A DNA stretch of 64,000 nucleotides. Source: a virus. Of the stretch, positions 1 through 9,560 are shown one piece after another. Below the pieces are notes generated by a model. It was not told the DNA's origin. It did no database searches and saw nothing but the letters and a program-made list of their open reading frames with translations. How positions within the stretch are numbered: the first letter of the stretch is position 1; each line of letters begins with the position of its first letter. The stretch is taken from positions 91,283 through 155,282 of the IMG/VR virus record IMGVR_UViG_3300037294_000405; one strand, written 5' to 3'. Made by a program: the position numbers and the translations under genes.

Positions 1-585
1 AAAGATTTAACAAATAATATTTATAAGTTAAATGTTATTAATCAAATATTAAAAAATGGGTTAGAACCCATAATAATAAAAATAGTTGAAGGGTTAGAAG
101 AACAAACCGCTTATGATATTGAAAGTTTATTAATAGATATAATGGGTTTTAGACATAATAAAAGTGGTATTCTAACCAATTTAACTAAAGGTGGGTTAGG
201 TGGTGATACGTTTACTAATAACCCAAATAAAGAAGAAATACGTGAAAAACATAGGTTAAACGCTACTGGTGTTAATAACAATATGTATGGGTTATCTTTA
301 AAAGAACGACCATCACATAAAGCTAAAATAAATGGTAATCATTGGAACTTAGGTAGAAAAGCTAATGATGAAACTTTAAAAAAGATGTCTATTAATAATA
401 CTAGAGAAAATAACCCAAACGCTAAAACTGTTGTTAAAATGAGTGTAAATGGTGAAGAAATTGACACTTACTTAACTACTGTTGAAGCAGCTGAAAAGAA
501 TAATATTAAACATAAGTCTGGAATTAGTAGAGCTTGTAAACAAGGAACCACTGCTGGTGGTTTTAAATGGAAATTTAAAAATTAA
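1..585 (+). CDS. Free-standing homing endonuclease (GIY-YIG-like, C-terminal NUMOD1 HTH); 5' end outside window
   Basis: Frame 1 is open from base 1 (KDLTNNIYKL...EEQTAYDIESLLI..G..NLTKGG). C-terminus EAAEKNNI...ISRACK...TAGGFKWKF is a NUMOD1/IENR1-type tail. Confidence 0.75.
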   Translation, partial: KDLTNNIYKLNVINQILKNGLEPIIIKIVEGLEEQTAYDIESLLIDIMGFRHNKSGILTNLTKGGLGGDTFTNNPNKEEIREKHRLNATGVNNNMYGLSLKERPSHKAKINGNHWNLGRKANDETLKKMSINNTRENNPNAKTVVKMSVNGEEIDTYLTTVEAAEKNNIKHKSGISRACKQGTTAGGFKWKFKN

Positions 586-590
586 AATAA

Positions 591-689
591 ATGATAAAAA
601 TAGAAAAATTAAACGAAAAAATACCAGTATACGATATTACTGTTGAGGATAACCATAATTTTTTTGGTAATGATATATTAGTACATAAT
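591..689 (+). other. Split intein C-fragment (IntC, 33 aa) of NrdA
   Basis: MIKIEKL...VYDITVEDNHNFFGNDILVHN|C: intein blocks F/G with terminal His-Asn and Cys+1, on its own start codon. Confidence 0.93.
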
Positions 690-1745
690 TGTTCGGAAAT
701 TATGGAGACGACCAATGCTGAAACAACAGCTATTTGTACACTTACTAGCATCCCAGTTCAAAAATATATTATAGATGGAGTTTACGACTTCATAGAATTA
801 GGTAAAGTAGCACGTTCAATAACAAAATCATTAAACATAGCTTTAGAGGTTAACGAATATTCAACACCAGAAGGTAGAAAAGGTGGTTTAGAACAAAGAG
901 CATTAGGTATTGGTATACAAGGTTTAGCAGATGTGTTTGCTATATTAAAATTAGCGTTCACTGGTGAAATAGCTAGACAATTAAATAAAGACATATTTGA
1001 AACGATTTATTTTAATGCTTTAAGTGAATCTTGTGCTTTAGCTAAAAAAACTGGGTTAACGTATGATGGTTACGAGGGCTCACCAATTTCTGAAGGCATT
1101 TTCCAATGGCAAATGTGGGGGTTGACTGAAGATAATTTATCTGGTATGCATGATTGGAAAGGGTTAAGAAAAGACATTAAAAAATATGGTGTTAGAAACT
1201 CTTTAGTTACAACATGCCCACCAACAGCTAGTTCAGCTCGTGTAATTGGTTCGAACGAAGCTTTCGAACCGTTCACTTCAAATCTTTATGTTCGAAGAGT
1301 GACTGGTGGTGAATTTGCTATGGTAAACAAACATTTAGTTAAAGATTTAGAGTCGGAAGGTCTATGGAATAGAGAAATTCTTAGTGAATTGATAAAAAAT
1401 AATGGTAGTGTTCAAAACATACCAGTTATTAGTTTAGAGATGAAAGAAAGATATAAAACAGTTTGGGAGATTTCACAAAAAGCGTTAATTGAAATGTCTG
1501 CTGATAGAGCACCATTCATTGACCAATCACAAAGTCTTAATATTTTCTTCAGCACACCTACCGTTGGTAAATTAACGACATCACATAATTTGTCTTGGAA
1601 ATTAGGTCTTAAAACTGGTCAGTATTATTTAAGGAGTGAGTCCGTTGATATGAAAGCTAAACATTTAGCTATTGATATGACAAAACAAAAACAAGTAGAA
1701 AAACCTACCGAAAGTCAATTTGAGTGTGTGGGTTGTTCAAGTTAA
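591..1745 (+). CDS. nrdA: Class Ia ribonucleotide reductase alpha subunit, C-terminal half, preceded by a split-intein C-fragment
   Basis: C-extein starts CSEI (NLCxEI finger loop). Also RALGIGIQG, PTASS, EPF, IDQSQS, LKTGQYYLR and a C-terminal CVGC tail. Confidence 0.95.
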   Translation: MIKIEKLNEKIPVYDITVEDNHNFFGNDILVHNCSEIMETTNAETTAICTLTSIPVQKYIIDGVYDFIELGKVARSITKSLNIALEVNEYSTPEGRKGGLEQRALGIGIQGLADVFAILKLAFTGEIARQLNKDIFETIYFNALSESCALAKKTGLTYDGYEGSPISEGIFQWQMWGLTEDNLSGMHDWKGLRKDIKKYGVRNSLVTTCPPTASSARVIGSNEAFEPFTSNLYVRRVTGGEFAMVNKHLVKDLESEGLWNREILSELIKNNGSVQNIPVISLEMKERYKTVWEISQKALIEMSADRAPFIDQSQSLNIFFSTPTVGKLTTSHNLSWKLGLKTGQYYLRSESVDMKAKHLAIDMTKQKQVEKPTESQFECVGCSS

Positions 1746-1762
1746 TAAAAGATAAATAAATT

Positions 1763-1788
1763 AAAGGGTCCAATAGGGCCCTTTTTTT
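1763..1788 (+). terminator. Intrinsic terminator after nrdA
   Basis: aaagggtcc-aata-gggccc followed by T7. Confidence 0.8.
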
Positions 1789-1847
1789 ATTTCCCATATT
1801 TACTTATAAAAATTGTTTAGTATTATATTTATCAAATAAACACAATT

Positions 1848-2597
1848 ATGGCAAACGGTAAATACATAAACATAAATTACCCCAATATATACATATATGC
1901 TTTGGTTTCAGAAGAAGACCAAAAAAACATTAAATATATTGGAGTAACTTCTAAAACACCTTCAAATCGATTAAGTAATCATATTTATGAAGCAAAAAAA
2001 ACACCTAATAAAACTGATAAAACAAAATGGATTACATCTGTAAATTATAAGTTAAAACAAATAATTTTAGATATTGTTGATTTTGAAACAGCATATTTTT
2101 GGGAACAATATTGGATATCACAATTTAAAACATGGGGTTTTGTTTTAGTAAATTCAAATAATGGTGGTGGTGGTTTAGGTAAAAGAAGCATTGAATTTTC
2201 AGCTTGGTTAAGTAATAGGAATAAAGGTAATAAATATAATTTAGGTAAAACACATTCTGAAGATACTAAATTAAAAATGAGTAATAAAAAACTTGGTAAA
2301 CCATCACCTAGAAAAGGTATTGAAGTGTTAGAAAAAACCAAAGAAAAACAATCTAAAGCTAAAATAGGTAGTGTTGGTAATGCAACTGGTTTTAAACATA
2401 CAGAAGAAACTAAAAATAAGAAAAGAAAAAAAGTTTTACAAATAAGTATTAATGGTCAAATAATAAATGAATTTACATCAGTATCTGATGTCTCAAATTA
2501 TTTTTCTGTAAATATTTCTACTATATCAAAAAGATTAGATAAAAATAAAGAATATAAAGGTTTTATATTCAAAACTAAAATAGAAAACAATGGCTAA
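1848..2597 (+). CDS. GIY-YIG homing endonuclease (NUMOD3/NUMOD1) fused to the original first 12 codons of the gp25 gene
   Basis: YIYAL...YIGVT, WEQYWI, NSNNGG; NUMOD3-like GKTHSEDTK and FKHTEETK. N-terminus MANGKYININYP matches MANGRFININYP of the next gene. Confidence 0.85.
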   Translation: MANGKYININYPNIYIYALVSEEDQKNIKYIGVTSKTPSNRLSNHIYEAKKTPNKTDKTKWITSVNYKLKQIILDIVDFETAYFWEQYWISQFKTWGFVLVNSNNGGGGLGKRSIEFSAWLSNRNKGNKYNLGKTHSEDTKLKMSNKKLGKPSPRKGIEVLEKTKEKQSKAKIGSVGNATGFKHTEETKNKKRKKVLQISINGQIINEFTSVSDVSNYFSVNISTISKRLDKNKEYKGFIFKTKIENNG

Positions 2598-2976
2598 TGG
2601 TCGCTTTATAAACATAAATTACCCCTTTAAGGATAGTAACAAAGGTTTTTTCTTAGATTTGAATGATGAAGATAGTCAAGCGATAAAAGCCGACCTTCTA
2701 CATATAATATTAACTAGAAAAGGTCAAAGACTTTATAAACCAGACTTTGGTACTGATTTATTAAAATTTATCTTTGAACCACAAGATGGAATGACGTTAA
2801 ATGCCGTTAAAGAAGAAATTAAATCAGTAGTAAAACTTTATTTACCAAAATTACAATTAGATGAAATTTTAGTTGAAGAAGCTACCGAAAGCGAATACGC
2901 TGCTGTGTTCACTTTAAAATATACAATAACAGATGCTGTTTTTACAACATCAGACATAGTAGTAGTAAAACTATAA
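2590..2976 (+). CDS. Baseplate wedge subunit, gp25/GPW family
   Basis: IKADLLHIILTRKGQRLYKPDFGTDL..FIFEP is the gp25 signature; 128 aa. Confidence 0.9.
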   Translation: MANGRFININYPFKDSNKGFFLDLNDEDSQAIKADLLHIILTRKGQRLYKPDFGTDLLKFIFEPQDGMTLNAVKEEIKSVVKLYLPKLQLDEILVEEATESEYAAVFTLKYTITDAVFTTSDIVVVKL

Positions 2977-2983
2977 ATAAATT

Positions 2984-4801
2984 ATGGCAAATCAAGGAAT
3001 AAATTATACAGCAAGAAATTTTGCTGATATACGTGCAGAATTAGTCGATATGGTAAGACAATATTACCCAGACATATTTAATGATTTTAATGACGCTAGT
3101 GTTGGTATGATGCTTCTAGAATTAAATGCGGCTGTAGGTGATATGTTATCAGTTAATACTGATAGAATGTTTCAAGAAACACAAATAGATTACGCAAAAG
3201 AAAGAAAATCAGTTTTATCTATGGCTAGAACTTTTGGTTTAAAAATTCCAGGAAAAAGACCTAGTGTTACTATTGTTGATTTTAGTATAACATTACCTGT
3301 ATTAGGTGACACCTTTGATGTTTCTTATGCACCAATTATTACAACTGGTACCCAAGTTTCTGGTGGTGGTAAAATTTTTGAAACAACAAATGACATAGAT
3401 TTCTCAAATCCATTCACTATAGGTGGAGTACCAAATAGATTAATTTTACCAAATTTTGATTCTAATGGTATATTGCTTAACTATACTTTAGTGAAAAGGG
3501 AAATTGTTACAAACGGATATTCAAAAATTTATAAAAGAGTTATCACACAATCTGATGTTAGACCATTTTTAGAAGTTATATTACCAGAAGATAACGTAAT
3601 AAGTATTGAATCTATTATAATGCTTCCTGGTACTAATTTTGTTGGTACACCTAATATTTCTGATTTTGCAAATATAGAAAATAAATGGTTTGAGATGGGT
3701 GCTTTAGCTGAAGACAAAGTGTTTATTTCTGATAATTCAAGAACAACAGATAATGCTGGTGTAAGACCAGGAAAATGGATAACCACTAATAAAAAATTTA
3801 TTAGCGAATACACTGATTTAGGTTTTACTAAAATTATATTTGGTGCTGGTACCCAAGACACTAGTAGTTTATGTGATTTTGATACTAATAAAGAATTAGT
3901 AAATCAAATTGGTGATTTTATAAATAATTTATCTTTAGGTATTGTACCAAATGCAAATACTACGATGTTTATAAGATATAGATTAGGTGGTGGTGCTGAT
4001 AGTAATATAGGTCCAAATGTTTTAAAATCTCTTGGTCTTTTAAATCTAACAATCAATGGACCAAACGAATCAATAAATCAAGCGGTTAGAAGTTCATTAA
4101 AAGTAAATAATTTGTTTCCAGCGTTAGGTGGTAAAGACGTTCCTAGTGTTGAAGAAATTAGGAATATGGTTAAATATAATTTTTCATCACAAAACAGAGC
4201 AGTAACTATTAAAGATTATCAAACTAGAATTGCTCAAATGCCTGGAAATTTTGGGATACCTTTTAGATGTGGGGTAACTGAGGAACAAAATAAAGTTAAA
4301 ATTTATGTTTTAGGTTTAGATTCAGCTGGTAAATTATCAAATAATTCAACTAGTGCTTTAAGAGAAAACATAACAACTTATTTGGCTGATTATAGGATGT
4401 TAAATGATTATGTTCAAGTAGGTAATGGTAGAATAATTAATTTATCTTTTGAGGTGGATTTGTTTATTGATAAAAAAATGCCACAATCACAAATCATTAG
4501 TCAAGTAATTACTGAGGTTAAAAACTATATGGATATTAGTAAATACCAAATGGGTGATAATATTTACATGTCACCATTAGTAGAGGTTATTAATAATGTT
4601 GGAGGCGTTATGAACGTTTTAGATGTTAGAGTTTTTAATAAAGTTAATGGTAACTATAGTTTAAATGAAATATCACAAGAATATTTTGATGTAACAACTA
4701 GACAAATTGATTTAGGTGAAAACTATACTTTATTCGGAGAGTCAAATAGTATGTTCGAAGTTAAAGTGCCAACGTTCGATATTGTTGTTAGAGTTAAATA
4801 A
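2984..4801 (+). CDS. Baseplate wedge protein (T4 gp6/baseplate J-like)
   Basis: YTARNFADIR, DFNDASVGMMLLE, LARTFG-like motif, GG.D..SVEEIR, QNRAVTIKDY; follows gp25. Confidence 0.88.
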   Translation: MANQGINYTARNFADIRAELVDMVRQYYPDIFNDFNDASVGMMLLELNAAVGDMLSVNTDRMFQETQIDYAKERKSVLSMARTFGLKIPGKRPSVTIVDFSITLPVLGDTFDVSYAPIITTGTQVSGGGKIFETTNDIDFSNPFTIGGVPNRLILPNFDSNGILLNYTLVKREIVTNGYSKIYKRVITQSDVRPFLEVILPEDNVISIESIIMLPGTNFVGTPNISDFANIENKWFEMGALAEDKVFISDNSRTTDNAGVRPGKWITTNKKFISEYTDLGFTKIIFGAGTQDTSSLCDFDTNKELVNQIGDFINNLSLGIVPNANTTMFIRYRLGGGADSNIGPNVLKSLGLLNLTINGPNESINQAVRSSLKVNNLFPALGGKDVPSVEEIRNMVKYNFSSQNRAVTIKDYQTRIAQMPGNFGIPFRCGVTEEQNKVKIYVLGLDSAGKLSNNSTSALRENITTYLADYRMLNDYVQVGNGRIINLSFEVDLFIDKKMPQSQIISQVITEVKNYMDISKYQMGDNIYMSPLVEVINNVGGVMNVLDVRVFNKVNGNYSLNEISQEYFDVTTRQIDLGENYTLFGESNSMFEVKVPTFDIVVRVK

Positions 4802-4863
4802 TAGGGTTTCCTTATTAGTGTGTTATAACTATATTTGTTAATAACAAAATAAAAACAAATAAA

Positions 4864-5214
4864 ATGGGATGTAATTGTAAAAATACCGATGGGGCTAAAG
4901 AGTATAATGTATTAACACAAAATGAAGGTGTAACTGCAACGATAATAAAATACCTAGCAAAAACCCTAGGTTTTTTAGTTGGTATGTTATTATTACCAAT
5001 TATAATGTTAGCAATAGTGTGGTTTATGTTCGATACAATCGTATTGAATAAAGATATTGATTTAAGACGTGTAATTAATAGATTTGTGAAAGCAAATAAA
5101 TTTTTCACAAAAGACGATAACGATGAATATGATGATGATGATGATGACGATGAATTAACTGAAGAAGATGTAATCATGCTTAACGTAGAAGATATAACAA
5201 ATAAAAGCAAATAA
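4864..5214 (+). CDS. Small membrane protein (MGCNC start, one TM helix, poly-Asp tail)
   Basis: Hydrophobic stretch GFLVGMLLLPIIMLAIVWFMF and acidic C-terminus. Confidence 0.75.
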   Translation: MGCNCKNTDGAKEYNVLTQNEGVTATIIKYLAKTLGFLVGMLLLPIIMLAIVWFMFDTIVLNKDIDLRRVINRFVKANKFFTKDDNDEYDDDDDDDELTEEDVIMLNVEDITNKSK

Positions 5215-5221
5215 TTAAAAT

Positions 5222-8200
5222 ATGCCTAACAACACTGTTAGAATTAGGACTACACCTAATGGTACCGATAAATATTTAAAAGTAAAACTAGACCAAGAGT
5301 TTGACTTTATTGAGGTTCTTTCTCTAAAGATTTCCCAAGAAGAAGCGTATAGAAATTTTTGTTCTGATTACGGTGTGATTACTGGTAGAGTAATAATTAA
5401 CAGTGGTTTTGGTGTCCCAAATGCTAGGGTTAGCGTTTTCATACCTATTGATGGTATTGATATAAATGACCCAAATATTAAAGGGTTATATCCTTATGAG
5501 ATTATCACGGATAAAGATAGTGATGGTATTAGGTATAATGTACTACCTAGAACTTCTGAAACAGATAATAATTGTTTTACACCAATTGGTACATTTCCAA
5601 ATAAAAGAGAAGTATTAGATAATCCAGAAATGTTGGGTGTTTATTGTAAATATTATAAATTTACAACAACAACAAATCATGCTGGTGATTTTATGGTTTT
5701 TGGAGTACCAGTTGGTACATATACTCTACATGTTGATGCAGATATTTCCGACATAGGTATTGCGTCTCAAAGACCTTACGATAGCATTAGTCAAGGAACA
5801 CCGTTGAAATTTTTCGATTCACCAACAAAATTTAAGGGTGATACTAATTTGGATAAATTAATCCAAGTAAAATCATCTAATATTGGCGTAAATGTACAAC
5901 CTTTTTGGGGTGATATTGATGCGTGTGAAATTGGCATAACTAGGGTGGATATTGATTTAAACTACTCAATAAACCCATCTGCAATATTTATGGGTAGTGT
6001 ATTTGGTGACCAAGATAAAAATAGCGTTAATAAAAATTGTCAACCTAGAAAAGATTTAGGTAACCTTTGCGAACAAGTTGCAAATGAAGGCACTATTGAA
6101 ATGATTAGAGAAACACTTGATGGTACTATTGAAAGTTTTGATGTTGAGGGTGGAAGAGTTATTGACGAAAACGGTGCTTGGGCTTATCAAATTCCAATGA
6201 ATTTAGATTATATGGTTACTGATGAATTTGGTGCTTTGATATTATCTGATGACCCAAATAAAGGTATACCAACTAGAGCTAGTGTTCGATTTAAAATTGG
6301 TATGGACCAAACAGGTGGTGAAGGTAGACTTAGAACTAGAGCTAAATACTTAGTTCCAAACAACCCAAATAATCAAAACGAAATTGATTATGAATTTGGT
6401 GAAAAAACTAAAAAAAGTAGTTTTAGGGATTTATATTGGAATAAAATTTATTCAGTGAGTAATTTCATTTCTAGATTCCAACAGATAACACCATTTAATT
6501 CTGGTGGTTCACGCACTAGAAACATGATGGGTATTAAAGATGTTGATGCCTGTGCTGGTGATAAAACACCGTTTCCTTTTAATAGGGTAGGGAGTCAAAC
6601 ATCACCTATTTTTTTTATTATTTGTTTGATTATTAAAATCATAGGTTTTTTGATTTATGTAATGAATGCACTTATTATACCTTTAATTAATTTGGTTTTA
6701 AAAGTTGTAAATCTTTTAATTAAAGCATGGAATTCTTTGATGAAACCTTTATGTGAAGCTAGTAAAAAAACAATATTAGGTGTTAAAATTTTTGGTTTTT
6801 TAGGTTTTACTTGTAAATTAATTATTGACCCAATTAAATACATACCTTGTATTTTTATTAAATGCCCAACAGATGATAATCCATCTACTTTTGCCCCTGG
6901 GTGTAAAAAAGGTGGTTTAGACGGTGGTGAGGCTTTTGATTCTTTAGTTGACCAAGGTAACACACCAAAATACTATGATGGTGATAGTTTTGGTCATGGC
7001 GGTTTTGGTGATTTATGTGGTTTGGATGATTGTATAGCTTTTCAAATGGCGCAAAAATTAAACCTTTTTGAGTTTGATTTTTATAATGATTGGATAAATG
7101 GTTCATTATATACTTTTTTATTAAAATACAAAATTAGACGTAAAAACTCAGAAAAATTCTGCGAATATGATTGCGGTGATTTTAAAAACTCTACAGATAG
7201 TACAACTGTTGATGGAAACAAAAATGGTGTACCAGATAATGATTGTAGGACTAGTCATTTATTAGATACGTGTTTTAAAGGTGATAGCGAGGACCAACAA
7301 TATTCAAGTAGAAATGTTTTACTTAGAGAAGGTTTAATCAAAAAGAAAAACGATGAGTTCTTTTATGCTGCATCAACACATAACGCTAGTTTTAAGTTAT
7401 TCGCTACAGATATTATTAATTTAGGTGCGGTGTTTAATTGCGACTGGCAAGGCGTACCAAAAGTGCAAGAATATTTAATACCTACAACATATAAAATAGC
7501 ACCAGCTATTCAAGAAATTGCAGCGGATAACACAACAGTGTTAACTACTGGGCAATGTGATATTGATGGAAACACACTTGGTTTGTTTTTTAGTATAAAT
7601 TGTTTAGGGTTACATGTAAATACTAGGCAATGTATGAACCTTAGACATTTATGTGAGTTTGGTGTTGAAATTGACGAATATAGGGGTGTTGGTAATGAAA
7701 CAGATGGTGTGATTGGGTTAAGGGACTTAGATGCTGACGATGCTGACAGACCAAAATGGTTTAGAGATGTTTTCTTAGGGTTAAATTCAACAGTTAATTC
7801 ATGGAATTTACAATTACCTTATACCAGTAATTTTAATTTAGGTGATGCTGGTATATATGATTTTACTAGTCCAGTTCAAAATGGACAGGATTATGTTAAT
7901 TTTAGAAATTATTCGATGGGTAACGGGTCTGTTGGTGAAAATAGTTTTGGTCAACCAAAACACTCATATTATTTTTACTTTGGGATACTTCCTGGGAAAA
8001 GTGGGTTAGATGTTATGAACCAAAGATTTTTTACCGCTTGCGCAACAAAAACTGATTTGGAATTTGTGATTCAAACGTCTACAACACCAACTACAACTAA
8101 TACCACAACAAACGGTACGGTAACATTCACCTTTATAGGCGGTGATGCACCATTTACCGCTACAACTAGTGGGCCTAATGGTTATACTAACGTAACAATC

Positions 8201-9535
8201 GTTGGTCAAAATAACACACAACCAACTGGAACTTTAACTAACCTACCAATTGGTATTTATACAATAACTGGTAACGATAACTTTGGTTCGCCCGTAACGC
8301 AAACATTTATAATTTCTGGACCACCACCATTATCGGTTGATGCTTTAGTTAGTCAAGACTGCACAACAGCCGCTGCTTCTAATGGTGAAATAACAATCTC
8401 GTCAATTATTGGTGGTGTTGGTAGTGTTTATACTTATACTCTTTATAATAGTAATGGTGGTGTTGCTAGTGGTCCGCTTAATATCACTTCTGTACCACAT
8501 GTTATACAAGGTCTGGCTGTGGACACTAGTTTAAACACAACTTTTCCTTTATTTACTGGGCATGGTTATACAATGACGGTAACCGATGGTTTTGAAACGG
8601 TGTATTTAGTTAATTTAGTTTTAAATGGTGCAACACCAATTACTATAACACCTACTGTTACACAAATATTATGTTATGGTCAAAATACGGGTATTATAGA
8701 TATAGATATTAATGGTGGTACACCAACATATTCAGTGAATACAACATCACCTAACGGTTACGTTGGTGGAGGTTTAAATTTGACTAATTTATCTGCTGAC
8801 ACATACACTACAGAAGTGGTTGACGCTATGGGTACGCAATCTTTTTCGACTAATGTATTAACGTATTTGAATCCATTTATGGAAATAGAACCAGCTTCAC
8901 AACAAGTTTTAGAAAAACAGTGTGACCCAAATAATTACCATATTAAGTTATTTGTTACCAGCCCTTATACTGCTGGTTCAAGTGTTTATTTAGATTATGC
9001 TAAAGATTCAGAAGAAGACCCATCTGGAAACCCTATTTGGTACCCATTAGTTTTAAATAATTATATTAATTCTACAACACCATTTGAAATTGTTTTACCT
9101 AGTACTACTATTACCCAGTCGATTATTTTTAGAATGACTAATGCTGCTAAAACATGTTTTAGTGAAGAAATAGAAATATTGTTAAACGAAATTAAACTAC
9201 CACCAAACTTGTTAAGTATTAACACTACAGGTGTTAACACACCTATACAATTAATAGGGGCAAATTTAGTTAAGTTTAAGTTTAATGTTAGTCATTTATT
9301 GTTAGGGCAAACAATAAGAGCACCTTATACTGTAAGTTATTCAGTTAAAGGGATTAATTCACTAGGTATGTTGGTTATAAACCCATCAACATTACCAGTA
9401 ATAAATACAAATCAGCAAGAAATAATTGGAAACGTACCACAACCATTTGGCCAACCAGCAACAACAGTGATTGTTACGATAAGTATAACCGACAATGTAG
9501 GTTGCGTTTCAAATACTATTAATATTTCTACATAA
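5222..9535 (+). CDS. Large Cys-rich virion structural protein with C-terminal SprB-like beta repeats
   Basis: 1437 aa ORF in the baseplate block. Carboxypeptidase-regulatory-like GDFMVFGVPVGTYTLHVD; SprB-like C..NTG.I.I.I.GGTP.Y and NL..GxYT repeats; one hydrophobic segment. Confidence 0.65.
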   Translation: MPNNTVRIRTTPNGTDKYLKVKLDQEFDFIEVLSLKISQEEAYRNFCSDYGVITGRVIINSGFGVPNARVSVFIPIDGIDINDPNIKGLYPYEIITDKDSDGIRYNVLPRTSETDNNCFTPIGTFPNKREVLDNPEMLGVYCKYYKFTTTTNHAGDFMVFGVPVGTYTLHVDADISDIGIASQRPYDSISQGTPLKFFDSPTKFKGDTNLDKLIQVKSSNIGVNVQPFWGDIDACEIGITRVDIDLNYSINPSAIFMGSVFGDQDKNSVNKNCQPRKDLGNLCEQVANEGTIEMIRETLDGTIESFDVEGGRVIDENGAWAYQIPMNLDYMVTDEFGALILSDDPNKGIPTRASVRFKIGMDQTGGEGRLRTRAKYLVPNNPNNQNEIDYEFGEKTKKSSFRDLYWNKIYSVSNFISRFQQITPFNSGGSRTRNMMGIKDVDACAGDKTPFPFNRVGSQTSPIFFIICLIIKIIGFLIYVMNALIIPLINLVLKVVNLLIKAWNSLMKPLCEASKKTILGVKIFGFLGFTCKLIIDPIKYIPCIFIKCPTDDNPSTFAPGCKKGGLDGGEAFDSLVDQGNTPKYYDGDSFGHGGFGDLCGLDDCIAFQMAQKLNLFEFDFYNDWINGSLYTFLLKYKIRRKNSEKFCEYDCGDFKNSTDSTTVDGNKNGVPDNDCRTSHLLDTCFKGDSEDQQYSSRNVLLREGLIKKKNDEFFYAASTHNASFKLFATDIINLGAVFNCDWQGVPKVQEYLIPTTYKIAPAIQEIAADNTTVLTTGQCDIDGNTLGLFFSINCLGLHVNTRQCMNLRHLCEFGVEIDEYRGVGNETDGVIGLRDLDADDADRPKWFRDVFLGLNSTVNSWNLQLPYTSNFNLGDAGIYDFTSPVQNGQDYVNFRNYSMGNGSVGENSFGQPKHSYYFYFGILPGKSGLDVMNQRFFTACATKTDLEFVIQTSTTPTTTNTTTNGTVTFTFIGGDAPFTATTSGPNGYTNVTIVGQNNTQPTGTLTNLPIGIYTITGNDNFGSPVTQTFIISGPPPLSVDALVSQDCTTAAASNGEITISSIIGGVGSVYTYTLYNSNGGVASGPLNITSVPHVIQGLAVDTSLNTTFPLFTGHGYTMTVTDGFETVYLVNLVLNGATPITITPTVTQILCYGQNTGIIDIDINGGTPTYSVNTTSPNGYVGGGLNLTNLSADTYTTEVVDAMGTQSFSTNVLTYLNPFMEIEPASQQVLEKQCDPNNYHIKLFVTSPYTAGSSVYLDYAKDSEEDPSGNPIWYPLVLNNYINSTTPFEIVLPSTTITQSIIFRMTNAAKTCFSEEIEILLNEIKLPPNLLSINTTGVNTPIQLIGANLVKFKFNVSHLLLGQTIRAPYTVSYSVKGINSLGMLVINPSTLPVINTNQQEIIGNVPQPFGQPATTVIVTISITDNVGCVSNTINIST

Positions 9536-9560
9536 TGAAGATAAAAAATATAAATAAATA

